Positions 11,916-24,407 of a stretch of 64,000 bases of DNA are shown piece by piece (positions within the stretch are counted from its first letter, which is position 1; the number at the start of each line of letters is the position of its first letter). A program made the position numbers and the translations under genes. This stretch comes from Ylistrum balloti. Lineage: Eukaryota. The stretch covers positions 310,001 through 374,000 of the forward strand of contig NW_026782071.1 of NCBI RefSeq assembly GCF_031769215.1. Direction: 5' to 3'. The notes beneath the pieces are model-generated. The model was given only the letters and a program-made list of their open reading frames with translations. It was not told where the DNA came from and made no database searches.

Positions 11916-14290
11916 GGTACTTCCTAGCTTACCTATCACTCATGACCAATAATTAAGTAACAGTCCTCCAAATTTGGAACTCGCTGGTCGCAGTGGCTAT
12001 CGAGAGGAACCTTTATACACTGGACAATGATATTCTAAGTAATGGATTGATTATGTCTAAATTGCACTCTTCCACAATAGTTTGTGGAGGGATTTTGAAA
12101 GTTTTGTAAACTTGATGAAAAGCATCTCCGTATGGTGCATATATTCTAGATATACTGTCATGTGGATGGAAATGGTATGAAAATTAGTAACAAACTCAAA
12201 ATCAATGATCAGCTTTCGTACACTGTTCATACAGATCCAAATCTACCTTCATAAAACAGTTACGATCCCAGAATGATGAGATCATGTTTTATCATTAAAC
12301 AAAATGTGGGTTTAATTTGACAAGTGATAATAAATAGTTGAAAAAAATCCAATAACAAGAAAAATTTCTTTACTAAATAGCTTGAAAATAGCCAGTAGAA
12401 AAGTATACGATGAAAATATCTCATTCATAGATTATCTGTGTTAATAATTAAATGTTTATGTCCAGTTTATACATTGATATTTGAATATTTACTTTGAGAT
12501 GCAGACACCTGTTACTAGATACAAATTCAATTCTTAATTCCCTGTCATCAGCATTATTGAATGCCTTAAATCTAGATTACTAATTCAATCTAGAGCTATA
12601 GTGTTATTACTAAATTGCCAAAGAGTTTAAATTTTTCCTTGGTTGTGTAGTTAGCAAATTGTGTCAGGTTCTGTGAAAACTTTGAAAATGCAGCTTGGCG
12701 GTGGTAATTTTTGAATTCTTTAGTATATGGCTAGGTTAGTATGCTCAGTTGCCAGCAGTATGTAAATATGATTATGTTTACACTGGGCAATGAATAATTC
12801 TATTTTGTAAATAGCTGCCAGCATGCATGTCACTCTGGAAAATTGTTCTCAAACATTTGAACTTAGCAAGTATGTGCAGCATTACTGTAGCCAGAATCAT
12901 GGTTAATATTTAGTTCTTGGCATATAAAAAGAAAAGATTTCAAATCTCATCAATGAAAATTAAAACCATCTTTGATGTATGTTAATTTGATGCTAAAATA
13001 TTTAATATCCTGGAGAATGACTTCAGTGAGTCTGTCCCCAAATAATTTATGGAGAAGGCCATTATAACACAAGGTTTTCCTGTTGGTATAATTTCAGTCC
13101 TGTCCCTAATTAATTTTGTATTACATAATCCTAATTAGAATGTAAATATATAGATACTGTACAGTGAACACAAATGCTCTATTGTAAAGTAGAGAATAAC
13201 AACTGAACCATTTTTTGAAATATCTAAAAATATTGGATAACATGTTGAAATCTTCTTAATTTTCCAAGCCTTGTTAATGTATACAAGTGCTATAATTTGT
13301 ATTGTAATTTCTAGATATTTATTTTAACAAAACACAATTTTATTCACCTTAAAATATTTTCAAATATTTAGATGGAAAGAGTCTACAGTGTTGAAAATTA
13401 ATCTTTTTGTCAAAAAATACAGGTTTTCATATTGGCACTTATAGAAATCACAATGATAGGATTCTGTTATTTATGTATTGTTGTGTAACTTAAAAGGATT
13501 TCACTGTTGTTGGCTGCCTCAAAAACACAGAACTCTTGTCTAATACATACCTATCTGTCTAGGTATAACAGTCGCCGGTACCTTGTTCTACAAAATAAGT
13601 GTAAATGTACTTGTGAGCTTGATTTCAATATGTTAAGAAAATATTTTTGATGAATATAATAAGCCTCGCATCCATTAGACAAGCCAGGGTGTATGAGATA
13701 AGTTGTGGTCTTTATGTATGTGCTCCAACAGTGGTAGATTGTAGGGTCTAGTATATCTGGGTCAGAAAAACATAAACCACACAGTGCAAGGCTCACCAGC
13801 TTACAATCACTCCATGGGAACTGTACTGTATGAATGGGGAGAAGTAGTTTGTCTTACTGTCAGTCTTTTGTACAGGATACATGTTAGAAATATTTGTGAG
13901 GTGTAGAAAACTTTTAGGTGAGGTTCATACTTGTATTAAACATAATTATGTTTAGAGGCTATACTGTAGAGGAGTCGCATAACATGACGAACAGAGAACT
14001 TGTTGTGCTGTATTGTTATGAATTACGAAGGTTGAAAGTACACCATGTATCTACCTGTACAACAACTTGAAATATAGGAAAAAAGAGTTATAAATGGATG
14101 GTGTATGATGGATCGAAGCAAAGAGTCAGCTCTTCTAATCTTTAACCAATAGAACAAAACAAGTACTTAAGAGTTGCATGAAGTATTTGTTGGAGATTTA
14201 GAACTTGGATATGAAGTAACTTCATTTGAATTGAAATATTGATGCTTCATAATGAAATTGGAAACTCGTTTGTATTCTAATTTTGTAAAC

Positions 14291-14306
14291 ATTTTTTTCT
14301 TTGCAG
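14291..14306 (+). promoter_or_regulatory. 3' splice acceptor of the sprouty coding exon
   Basis: ATTTTTTTCTTTGCAG| is a polypyrimidine tract plus CAG, 95 nt upstream of the CDS. Vertebrate SPRY genes also carry the CDS in one exon after non-coding exon(s). Confidence 0.75.
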
Positions 14307-14357
14307 ATGTGACGACACTGGAAAAGTTACCTGTGCATCACTACGGCTTGGATTGAA

Positions 14358-14405
14358 ATGTTAACTACAGCATGTAGTGATTTTAATTCTATGGTTTCTA
14401 TATGA
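14358..14405 (+). other. 15-codon upstream ORF (MLTTACSDFNSMVSI*) overlapping the sprouty start codon
   Basis: ATG at 14358 (G at -3) reads to TGA at 14403-14405, which overlaps the main ATG at 14402-14404 (ATGA). Function is not shown. Confidence 0.55.
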
Positions 14406-15199
14406 GATCAGCGCTGAGACCAACAGCCAGAGCGACTCTGCCACCGCCAGATCAGGGCAGTGGTGTTGTCATTACGCTTGAACAGGTGCGGCCGCACCCC
14501 AGACACCAGAATGAGTATGTAGACTCACCCCGGGGGCAACCCCTGGGGAGCCTCAAGGCCCCTGCCTCCCAGGGTACTGTGATCATCGGTGGTGGGACGA
14601 GGGAGAGTCCACACTCTAGGGTTATACTGCCTGGGCGAGGTGTGAGAGCGCTTAATACCGTTATCTCCACCCAGCCTCCTGTGTCTATATCCCCTCCTCT
14701 GAAGAAGGACCCCTTGATCGAGGAGGACGATGGCTCGATTATTTGCCGTAAATGTGGCAAATGTAGGTGTGGTGCGTGCACGGGGCAGCGAGAGCTGCCT
14801 TCTAGGTGGCTCTTTGGAGACAAGTGTGAAATCAGTGAAGACACTGTGGTAGAAACGTGCACATGTTTTTGTTGTGTGAAAGGCGTGTTTTACCACTGCG
14901 GTAAGGACGAACAGGACTCTGATTATGTTTGTGACACAGACCCTTGTGCACTGTGTAGTAAACCGCATTGTTGTGAACGTTGGACATGCATGGCATTGAT
15001 GTCGCTGTGTCTGCCCTGTTTGTGCCTGTATTGGCCAGCCAAGGGTGTGCTCAAAGCATGTACTGTATGTTACAACAAGTGTCGCAAAAAGGGCTGCCAA
15101 TGTTCGTCGAAGGCCACAAAGCATAGTAACGAACAGAGCTCACAGTCACAGTCAAGACGTTTACTGATCGAGTCGGATTCGAGTACTGGTAGTTCATGA
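14402..15199 (+). CDS. spry: Sprouty homolog (RTK/ERK feedback inhibitor), 265 aa, single coding exon
   Basis: N-terminal ITLEQVR...NEYVDSP matches the sprouty LSLDQIR...NEYTEGP Cbl-TKB motif. The C-terminal Cys-rich Sprouty domain includes CRKCGKCRCGAC, TCFCCVKGVFYHC, HCCERW and LCLPCLCLYWPAKG...GCQC. Confidence 0.97.
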   Translation: MRSALRPTARATLPPPDQGSGVVITLEQVRPHPRHQNEYVDSPRGQPLGSLKAPASQGTVIIGGGTRESPHSRVILPGRGVRALNTVISTQPPVSISPPLKKDPLIEEDDGSIICRKCGKCRCGACTGQRELPSRWLFGDKCEISEDTVVETCTCFCCVKGVFYHCGKDEQDSDYVCDTDPCALCSKPHCCERWTCMALMSLCLPCLCLYWPAKGVLKACTVCYNKCRKKGCQCSSKATKHSNEQSSQSQSRRLLIESDSSTGSS

Positions 15200-18100
15200 G
15201 AACCGTTGGCATTTGTGATTGTTTTTTTTTTTTCTCGACTTATGTGTGATATAATGTGCGTACAAACACATACTACGTACCTGAGTCCCAGATTTACTGT
15301 ACCGTGGTTGTCATGATTGTGTAATATCGTTACTCGTCTGTCGTTCATCTGAGGAAGACTTACTATATATATATATATATAACAATTGTTTTGACCAGAT
15401 TTTTTTCTTCAAAACATTGTAATGGAAAAACTTCATACCATTCTATTCTGTATTCTGTGCCAATTGACAAATATTTTTGTTTCGCTTCTTTAAATTCAAA
15501 ATTCAGACATGTTGTATTTCTCAATAGAATTTCTGTTATAGAATGGATACTATTAGCATATGTTTCTATATGTTCCAATTGATTACTATTGGATATTTTG
15601 AAGACAAAACTGAATGCTTTCACAATGGTTGATTCCTGTGGATTTTTGGCCATGGTGTATTTTACTCAATAAATATGAAATTTGGATGGATACTTTCGGC
15701 ATGTGAAAGAAAAATGTGTATGCATCTTGTGAACTGAGTGCGGAAATGTGGCTAACTTTGCACAAAATAGGAACATTATTGGGATATTATAATAACTTTC
15801 ATCATGAATCAGTGGTTTAGCACTTTTAAATTTCAATGGATTGTGTTAACTACCTCTTATAGAAAATATAGCACACTAACTTTGAATATAAAGTCAGCAA
15901 TTGTCTTGGATTACTTAGACGTATAACACATGCATCAGGACACAATGTCATCGCAGATGAAACCTGTAGAATTTTGGACCAATTCAGTAGACTTGTGAGT
16001 GATCCATTTGTTTATCAGTGATCCAATGACAATAAGTGAACTGCTTCAAATACATGACCACCCTAAAATTTGTTTTGCAAATAACCCACATGTTTGGGCC
16101 ATTATATCTATGGTTGGTCCAAAGGTATTAGAGATGAAGTGAATCTAAATGAACAAAGTTTGCACTTTGTGATTATATTGTTTGTGCCCAAGCACACATT
16201 TTGCAGCCTATGTGAACTCAAAACCAGGAATTTTGATTCTCTTCACAGAACTAGTAATGTATGTGCTCCAGTAGTTCCTGCAGTCTACAAAAATCTTGTT
16301 TCATAAAATATCTGTCAGACCATAAATTACACAGCTACACTGGAAGATGTTTCAGATTATCAGTCTAAAAACTGAAAATACTCCAAGTTTTTAGACACAG
16401 CCTTTGAATTTAGAAGTGTTTAACTAACATCATATTAAAACTTAAGCATTTAATGAAAACCACGAGGATTTGGCAGGATCTACTGGTGTAGGACTAGAGA
16501 GCACCAGATGTGGTAGGATGGGGATACATGTACTAGGTTTGGTTTGAGAAAGAGGGTCAACTTGGGGGAGGTTCCATTTCATACTAAAAAAAATAATTTT
16601 AAAAAAAAGATACTGTGGCATTACTTTTCAAAAAACCTCAAAAGTTAAGTTTTGTAAGATTTTCTTTTTTTTCCTTTAAGTGGTCGTCGGGTTTGCTTTA
16701 AGCTCCATTTCACATTATAACATTCTTTCCTTTTTTTTCTTTTTTTTTTAAATATATATACATATATGAATTGTGTATGAATCACTGATGAACTTATCCT
16801 TTGAGTTTTGAAATTTTCTGCTTTAAGAAGGACAGGGGGCATTCTATAAGTGTGTCTGTCTGAATTGGAGAAAACATTTATATGCTATCATGTTTGTTAT
16901 CAGAGATCACCCTGGTTTTCATTCAAAGTCACAGTCTTTCGAAATTTCAATTTTACAATTTCAAATATTCACATGGCTTCATAAGTCATCAATTACAAAC
17001 AATTACAGTATATTAATGTGTTTACACCTACATGTTTACGATAAACATTATTAACAATTTCAGTGCAATAGAAAAGAAGCTGTAAGAGTTGTTTTACCAT
17101 TTTAATGAACAATTTTGTACATGTACAAAATCATCCCCATATAACATATACCCATAGCAACAGGTCACCTCAGAATGCAAATTTATCAACTTTAAGGTTT
17201 GGTGAAAAATTCAGATAACTTTTGAAGTCTAATGCAAGAGATTTCCAGATAAATGAAAGTTCTTATAGAAGTTTGCACTTATTTTAATATTCTCTAAAAA
17301 CCTGTTTTTAAAGTGCAGACCTTTGTAATATTTTGATTAAAATTACTGTATAGCACTTGTATTTTGCAGGTCAACATTTTCCCCAATTTTATTTCCACTG
17401 GCTAATATTGAAGATAAAATAATTTAGAACACTCCAGTTACTTATCAGTGAGTCTTTTAAAAAAAATGAAGATTTCAATTTCACAATTTTTAATTTAGTA
17501 TTGTGAATTAATTTTAACGTTAATTAAAATCTGCAAAATATTGGTGCTATACAACAATACACAAGTAAATGTATAGAACATGAGAAAGAAAATTTTGATG
17601 ATTAAGTCGAAAGTGCAAAACTTTTTTATTCTTTGAAACATTTTTATTGGACACAAGTGCCACACATACCTTTTCTTTTTCGAGGGTGACAGTTGAATTC
17701 AAGATTGTTTTCATGTTTAAAGCATTTTCATTTGGTATACATTCGTACATGATGTTTTTCTTTCTTATAAATCTGAACAGGGCCTGTTCAATTGTTTGTT
17801 GTACGCTGTTAGTTACAGATATTAGTATACGATTATGTTAAAAAGTTGTTATTGAATAGATTCCAGAATGTGAGGATGTAGTTCTATACGTCACTGTACT
17901 GCAACCCTTGGAAAACTTGTGATTATCAAAATGTATGTATATAATTGTCATTTAAAACAAAGTGTACAGTCATTTTGTGTATATAAAGAACAGCCATCTA
18001 TATATAGATATATGAATTTGTGTATACCGGCTAATGTAAATGGATGAATTTGCAGTTAGCTTGAAATTTGTACACAGGTTAATCCTATCCGTTCTATTGT

Positions 18101-18246
18101 ACGTCTTCAGCTACACAATCACAGTGTATCTGTTAATAAATTCATAAAATACAGCAACATTTTTTGTCTATTATGGATTTAAATAAAATTCAAAGTAATG
18201 GTTGTAAGGAAATTCAAGATTTTTATAGATTTTGTTTTCCAATAAA
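15200..18246 (+). other. Probable long 3' UTR of sprouty with poly(A) signals
   Basis: AT-rich and TGTA-rich. AATAAA at 15668, 18135, 18182 and 18241; TGTATATA at 17936 and 17978. The actual cleavage site is not determined. Confidence 0.5.
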
Positions 18247-21200
18247 AGAAAGGGGGAAAAAAATACGGGTTGAGCATATATTTGGTGTGAAGGTATTTAA
18301 CACTACTGAACCTATATCTGGTTAACTGAACTGGCTGTCCACTGTCCATGGACTATTTAATGATAGAAACTGACCAACACAAAGTATCTTCCTGTAAAGA
18401 TGGATACAACAATTTGTAATTTGACTTTTAACATTTATGAAGAAAAAAAGTTGCTTGAGGCACTATATATACACTTTGTGTGCATGTGTAGCAACTTGTC
18501 ATCACTATGCATTTACACAACTAATTAATGATACATCATAATCTATCCTTTATTTACAAAAACAACATAATTGAAAAGTTGTTCTGGGATATCATTGACT
18601 TTTAAGGTTAGAAAAATAAGAGAAAAGGAAACTCACTGCTTTGATTGTATCAGTTTTAAAACAAAATTTTTGGAGGGAAGAAAAAAAAATCAAAACCCCC
18701 TGTGGAGAGCCCCGTTGTCAGTTACATTTTGCAGTGAGCAGAATTCCTGTATGAAGTATGTATGGAGAATGTGGAGCAGGTTCCCATGAACTAGGCTTGT
18801 TCTACACCCCATAATGGCCGAATCAGCCACATCCTGTTGTGTGGAGGAAGAATAGAGAGCTAGGGAAACAAAGGACCACTAATCACCATCCTCAGACCTT
18901 GTTCTGGTTACACTCAGTCGGAGCTGAGATCCTCTTCTATTTCTCATATACATCTGTAAGGCTGGAAAGTTTAGATGAATATTTTTATCCAAATGGGCTT
19001 GGCCAGAAGTCTATATATTACTGCAATGATATTGACAGACACTTGATACTCCAACAAAGGCATCTGTCAGACTGTCTAATTAATAAACTGTGTTTTCACC
19101 TGTGCTCATACACATTGGTTATAAAATTGGAAAAAAAATTTGAGAGTATTTGTCGAAATAACTTGCATTAAGTTTTTTTTTTTCACTTTTCACCAAAGCT
19201 TTCTTTCCTTCTGAAGGCAATCTCTGATTTGGTTTAGTTTTGGTATCAAACATTCTGTTTCAAATTTGCTTGTATAATACAGGAAAATGTGGGTTCTCCA
19301 TCCTTAAGTCTCCATAACGATTTAGTACATTTTGGTATTTATACAGTACCCTGTAAACTGCATTTGTAAAATAAGATTTATGTGACCGCCAATGATATAT
19401 TTCCACCATGCGCTGTGAATTGGCTTTTCATTAACCAAAGATACATAGTAGAGCCATCAACAGACTTGATAATGGAGAGAAGTTGGCATCTACCTGTAGG
19501 AGTCGATGAACCAGAATTACATTTCTTTGTGGCATATTACAGCGCGGACTAATTAGGACAAGCTGGTATTACACACAGTAAACAGTAGCTACGTTCACCT
19601 CTGTATGTCGAGGCAGTTTATGTGTGATCTACGTGACAAGTGGGTATAACACAACAGTGTAATACACTGTGCTGTACATTAATATACAGGTGTGCTCTCA
19701 CCTTACATTGGCTGCATACTTTTCACATGTGTGATGTGCACTGACTACATGTGTGTTTCATGGGTGAATCTCTGTACACATATGCTTCAAGCTGAAAGTA
19801 GTATACTCCTAGCCTTTGCAAGGTACACCTGTGATGTATGTAGATGCACACTGTTCTGACATTTTACTTTTTGTAAAATATTAGCATCGGTTCAGTAGTG
19901 GTTTTTACCAAACCAAAGTCTTTATATATTACTACACGAGATACATGGTCAGTACAAAGATTCTGGTAAAATTGAATAACTGTTGTTAATCCTTGTGGTA
20001 AATTTACTGTAGACCCAGATCTACAAAGTTATCATATTCATCAACATCAAGCCTGTATTATACTGTTATAAAGTAAAAGTTGTTAACATATTTTTAATCA
20101 TAAAATGTTCGATTAGTCATTTCTTTGTTGCTGTTGTTTATATAAACCTAATCATGTTAGTTCAGATTTATTCTTGGATCCTAACATCATAGATGAGTCA
20201 TAGTTTAAAATCATTTGAAGATCATATCGCTTTTCTAGGACTAACTCACTGGATGGGTTAGATTTCTGATCAATTTCGTCACTAGATAGACCATGTTGTG
20301 TATTCATCATCATTCTCAGTATATTGTTTTAAAACTAATTACTTTGTGAAGTTAATTGTTTTTTAATTGAAAATTGTGGAAAAAAAACTTTCATTGCATT
20401 TTAAATTGAGAAAATCTTGTGTGAATTATAAGGATATCTTTGAACCAAAGTTCTGCTGTTGGTATACTTTACCAGGATAAATTCTGTCAATTTGTCTGCA
20501 AGACGAGTGTTGTTTGAGATGCTGAAGTTTATCCTTGATGGATAAAATCTGTGAATTTGCTTGTTTGTTGAATAATGGTATCAAATATTTAAAGAGAATT
20601 TTGTCCTTTTTGGATTAAAATTCTGTGAATTGGTCAGAGAGTTGAAAGTTAATTTGGGAAAAAAATTGAAAGTTTTTATCCTGCCACTGAATTCTGAATT
20701 GAACTGCTCTGTTTTTGACATTGTTGAGGATGGTGTTGTAGACCGTTGTTACTTGTTAGTACTAGAGTAATTATAACGTGTGTTAATTAGGGAGACTTAT
20801 GTTAAAATGTATATATATATATGTATTATATATATATATTAAGCTTGTTGAACAGTCCTTGTACACATAAAACAGTGCTGTAAACAAAACGTGATGCTGT
20901 ACATACTCTGTAAAACTGAGGATAAAAATATTTCAGCTCCTTCAATGGGAATCTTCAATCCTGTCTTCTTGTTGTATTTTCACAATTGGAATTCCTTGTA
21001 CCAAAATTGGTCTTGAAAGACTTTTGAGGGTAAAACAGATGAATTATAAGATAGTTAAGACTTAACACACATATGAAGAAACTTGTTTTTCTCAAATCAT
21101 TTGAGAAGTATCATTTCAAGGTAATACCACAATCTAGATTCGTTCTGCTTGTCAGATTTCCTATTAACATCTAGGTGTTTCTGTAGCTTGTGCTTTGCAC

Positions 21201-22342
21201 TTAAAAACTGGATCAGAGTACAAACCCACTATGTTGTGTGATATACTTGGCAGTTTTATGTGAACTGTAAAAATGATAAAATGTCATTATATAAGGATAT
21301 AGACTAAGGCACACTGAGATATATCTTGATGTACTAGGACTGGGTATTGTACATACCAGGAAATTTTCATAAAGTCAAAAAAAAATTTCTATGTACCATT
21401 AATATGTTTGTTAGTTTCAGTGCTCAAAGTGAATGAGTAAATGATAATGTAATTTAAGGGACAATATGGAGAGTTTAAAGGGGAACAGATTCTTCACAGA
21501 TGGAAATATTCTGGTATATAGTGTCTTGAGAACTTTTCTTTTATACATAACCGATTGATTTGGTTCTTTAACTACTCTACCTCTTTTGTAAACATGAAAT
21601 GGGTCCAGATTTAGAAACATGATATAATCTATTGATAATAGTTTAAAGGTGTGTATTGCTACAATACTAGGTTCGTGGTTTCTAAGTACTGGGTTGCAGG
21701 GTGTGGACAAATATTGGCTGACATGGAGAAAATGCCAAAGATGTGGAATGTAGAGGTCTTTGTCACTGTTGATTTTCTGACGTGTTGACCACTACATAGC
21801 ACTCACCCATGTACCTGTGTTAGGCGAGGCGCACGTTGTACTTTGAGTATGTCGTCCCATGGTGTAGACACTATCGATTTGTGTACTTTGTTGCACTTGG
21901 TGTTGAAAACAAGACTTCCTGTCCCAGGCTGTGAATTGGATCGATAATATGATACTGTAGATCGGTCGGGGGCGGAGAATTGATTGGGGTGACTCAACCC
22001 TTCAGGCCGTCAGTCTCTCAATGAAATGTGCATCGATATTAAGGTGCAGTCGTGATTTAGGTCTGTTACCGTAGATACCGCGTCCATACACAGAGAAGCA
22101 ACATCGTTTACTTAGTGAAATACCAGTGAACCGCTGAGGCGTCTGACGTGATAAATACTGGAAAGGCATTCGATTGCTGACAAACCAACCCAAGACTGTC
22201 GACATACCAAAACACAAACCAAAGAAAGCTGACATACTAAAAGCAGAAACCTTAGATAAGAAAAGACACCGAAGATTGCTGGCACCCTGTGAAAAACAAA
22301 ACCTTGAGAGCGCTGAAAGTCAAAACAAAAATACTAAAATAA

Positions 22343-24407
22343 AATATCAGAAACCAAAGATACCTGACCTAACGAATCAGAAACCAAAGAGAGCTGACAT
22401 TCCGAATGAGAAACCAAAGACAACTGACATAGCGAATCAGAAACCAGAGATAGCTGACATAGCGAATCAGAAACCAGAGATAGCTGACATAGCGAATCAG
22501 AAACCAGAGATAGCTGACGTAACGAATCAGAAACCAGAGAGAGCTGACATTCCGAATAAGAAACCAAAGACAACTGACATACCGAATTAGAAACCAAAGA
22601 TAGCTGACATAGCGAATCAGAAACCAGAGAAAGCTGACATAGCGAATCAGAAACCAGAGATAGCTGACATAGCGAATCAGAAACCAAAGATAGCTGACAT
22701 AGCGAATCAGAAACCAGAGATAGCTGACATAGCGAATCAGAAACAAGAGATAGCTGACTTACCTAATCAGAGACAAGAGATAACTGAATTAGCGAATCAG
22801 AAACCAAAGATAGCTGACATAGCGAATTAGAAACTAGAGATAGCTGACATAGCGAATCGGAAACCAGAGATAGCTGACATAGCGAATCAGAAACCAGCGA
22901 TAGCTGACATAGCGAATCAGAAACAAGAGATAACTGACTTAGCGAATCAGAAACAAGTGGTAACTGACTTACCGAATTAGAAACCAGAGATAGCTGACAT
23001 AGCGAATCAGAAAAAAGAGATAGCTCACTTACCGAATTAGAAACCAAAGATAGCTGACATAGCGAATCAGAAACCAGAGATAGCTGACATAGCGAATCAG
23101 AAACCAAAGATAGCTGACATAGCGAATCAGAAACCAGAGATAGCTGACATAGCGAATCAGAAACCAAAGATAGCTGACATAGCGAATTAGAAACCAGAGA
23201 TAACTGACAAAGCGAATCAGAAATCAAAGATAGCTGACATAGCGAATCAGAAACCAAAGATAGCTGACATAGCGAATTATAAACCAGATATATCTGACAT
23301 AGCGAATCAGAAACCAGATAGCTCACTTACCGAATTAGAAACTAGAGATATCTGATATAGCGAATCAGAAACCAGATAGCTCACTTACCGAATTAGAAAC
23401 CAGAGAGAGCTGACATAGCGAATCAGAAACCAGAGATAGCTGACATAGCGAATCAGAAACCAAAGAGAGCTGACATAGCGAATCAGAAACCAGAGATAGC
23501 TGACATAGCGAATCAGAAACAAGAGATAACTGACTTACCGAATCAGAGACAAGAGATAACTGACTTAGCGAATCAGAAACCAGAGATAGCTTACTTACCG
23601 AATTAGAAACCAGAGAGAGCTGAATTTCCGAATAAGAAACCAAAGACAACTGACATACCGAATTAGAAATCAAAGATAGCTGACATAGCGAATCAGAAAC
23701 CAAGAAGAGCTAATTTACCAAATTAGAAACCAGCGATAATTGACATAGCGAATCAGAAACCAGAGATAGCTGATTTAGCGAATCAGAAACCAGAGATAAC
23801 TGACATACCGAATCAGAAACCAAAGATAGCTGACATAGCGAATCAGAAACCAAAGATAGCTGACATAGCGAATCAGAAACAAGAGATAACTGACTAAGCG
23901 AATCAGAAACCAAAGATAACTGACATAGCGAATCAGAAACCAGAGATAGCTGACATAGCGAATCAGAAACCAGAGATAGCTGACTTACCGAATCAGAGAC
24001 AAGAGATAACTGATTTAGCGAATCAGAGACAAGAGATAACTGACTTAGCGAATCAGAAACCAGAGATAGCTGACATAGCAAATCAGAAACCAGAGATAGC
24101 TGACATAGCGAATCAGAAACCAAAGATAGCTGACATAGCGAATCAGAAACCAGAGATAGCTGACATAGCGAATCAGAAACCAGAGATAGCTGACTTACCG
24201 AATCAGAGACAAGAGATAGCTGACTTAGCGAATCAGAAACCAGAGATAGCTCACTTACCGAATCAGAAACCAGAGATAACTGACTTACCGAATTAGAAAC
24301 CACAGAGAGCTGACATTCTGAATAAGAAACCAAAGACAACTGACATACCGAATTAGAAACCAAAGATAACTGACATAGCGAATTAGAAACCGAAGATAGC
24401 TGACTTA
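22343..24407. repeat. 30-bp minisatellite, ~69 copies
   Basis: Unit GAATCAGAAACCAGAGATAGCTGACATAGC (NQKPEIADIA on +, VSDSLCQLSL on -), interrupted by TAG stops and 2-bp deletions. Confidence 0.97.

Noticed and set aside
11373-11952. Repeat ORFs on both strands
   Set aside because: Products of a 51-bp intronic minisatellite.
14452-15348. Minus-strand ORFs of 136, 199 and 92 aa
   Set aside because: Antisense shadows of the GC-richer sprouty CDS with no recognisable motifs.
22021-22173. ATG in frame with the decapeptide repeat as a pseudogene start
   Set aside because: Three stops in ~50 codons is about what random sequence gives.
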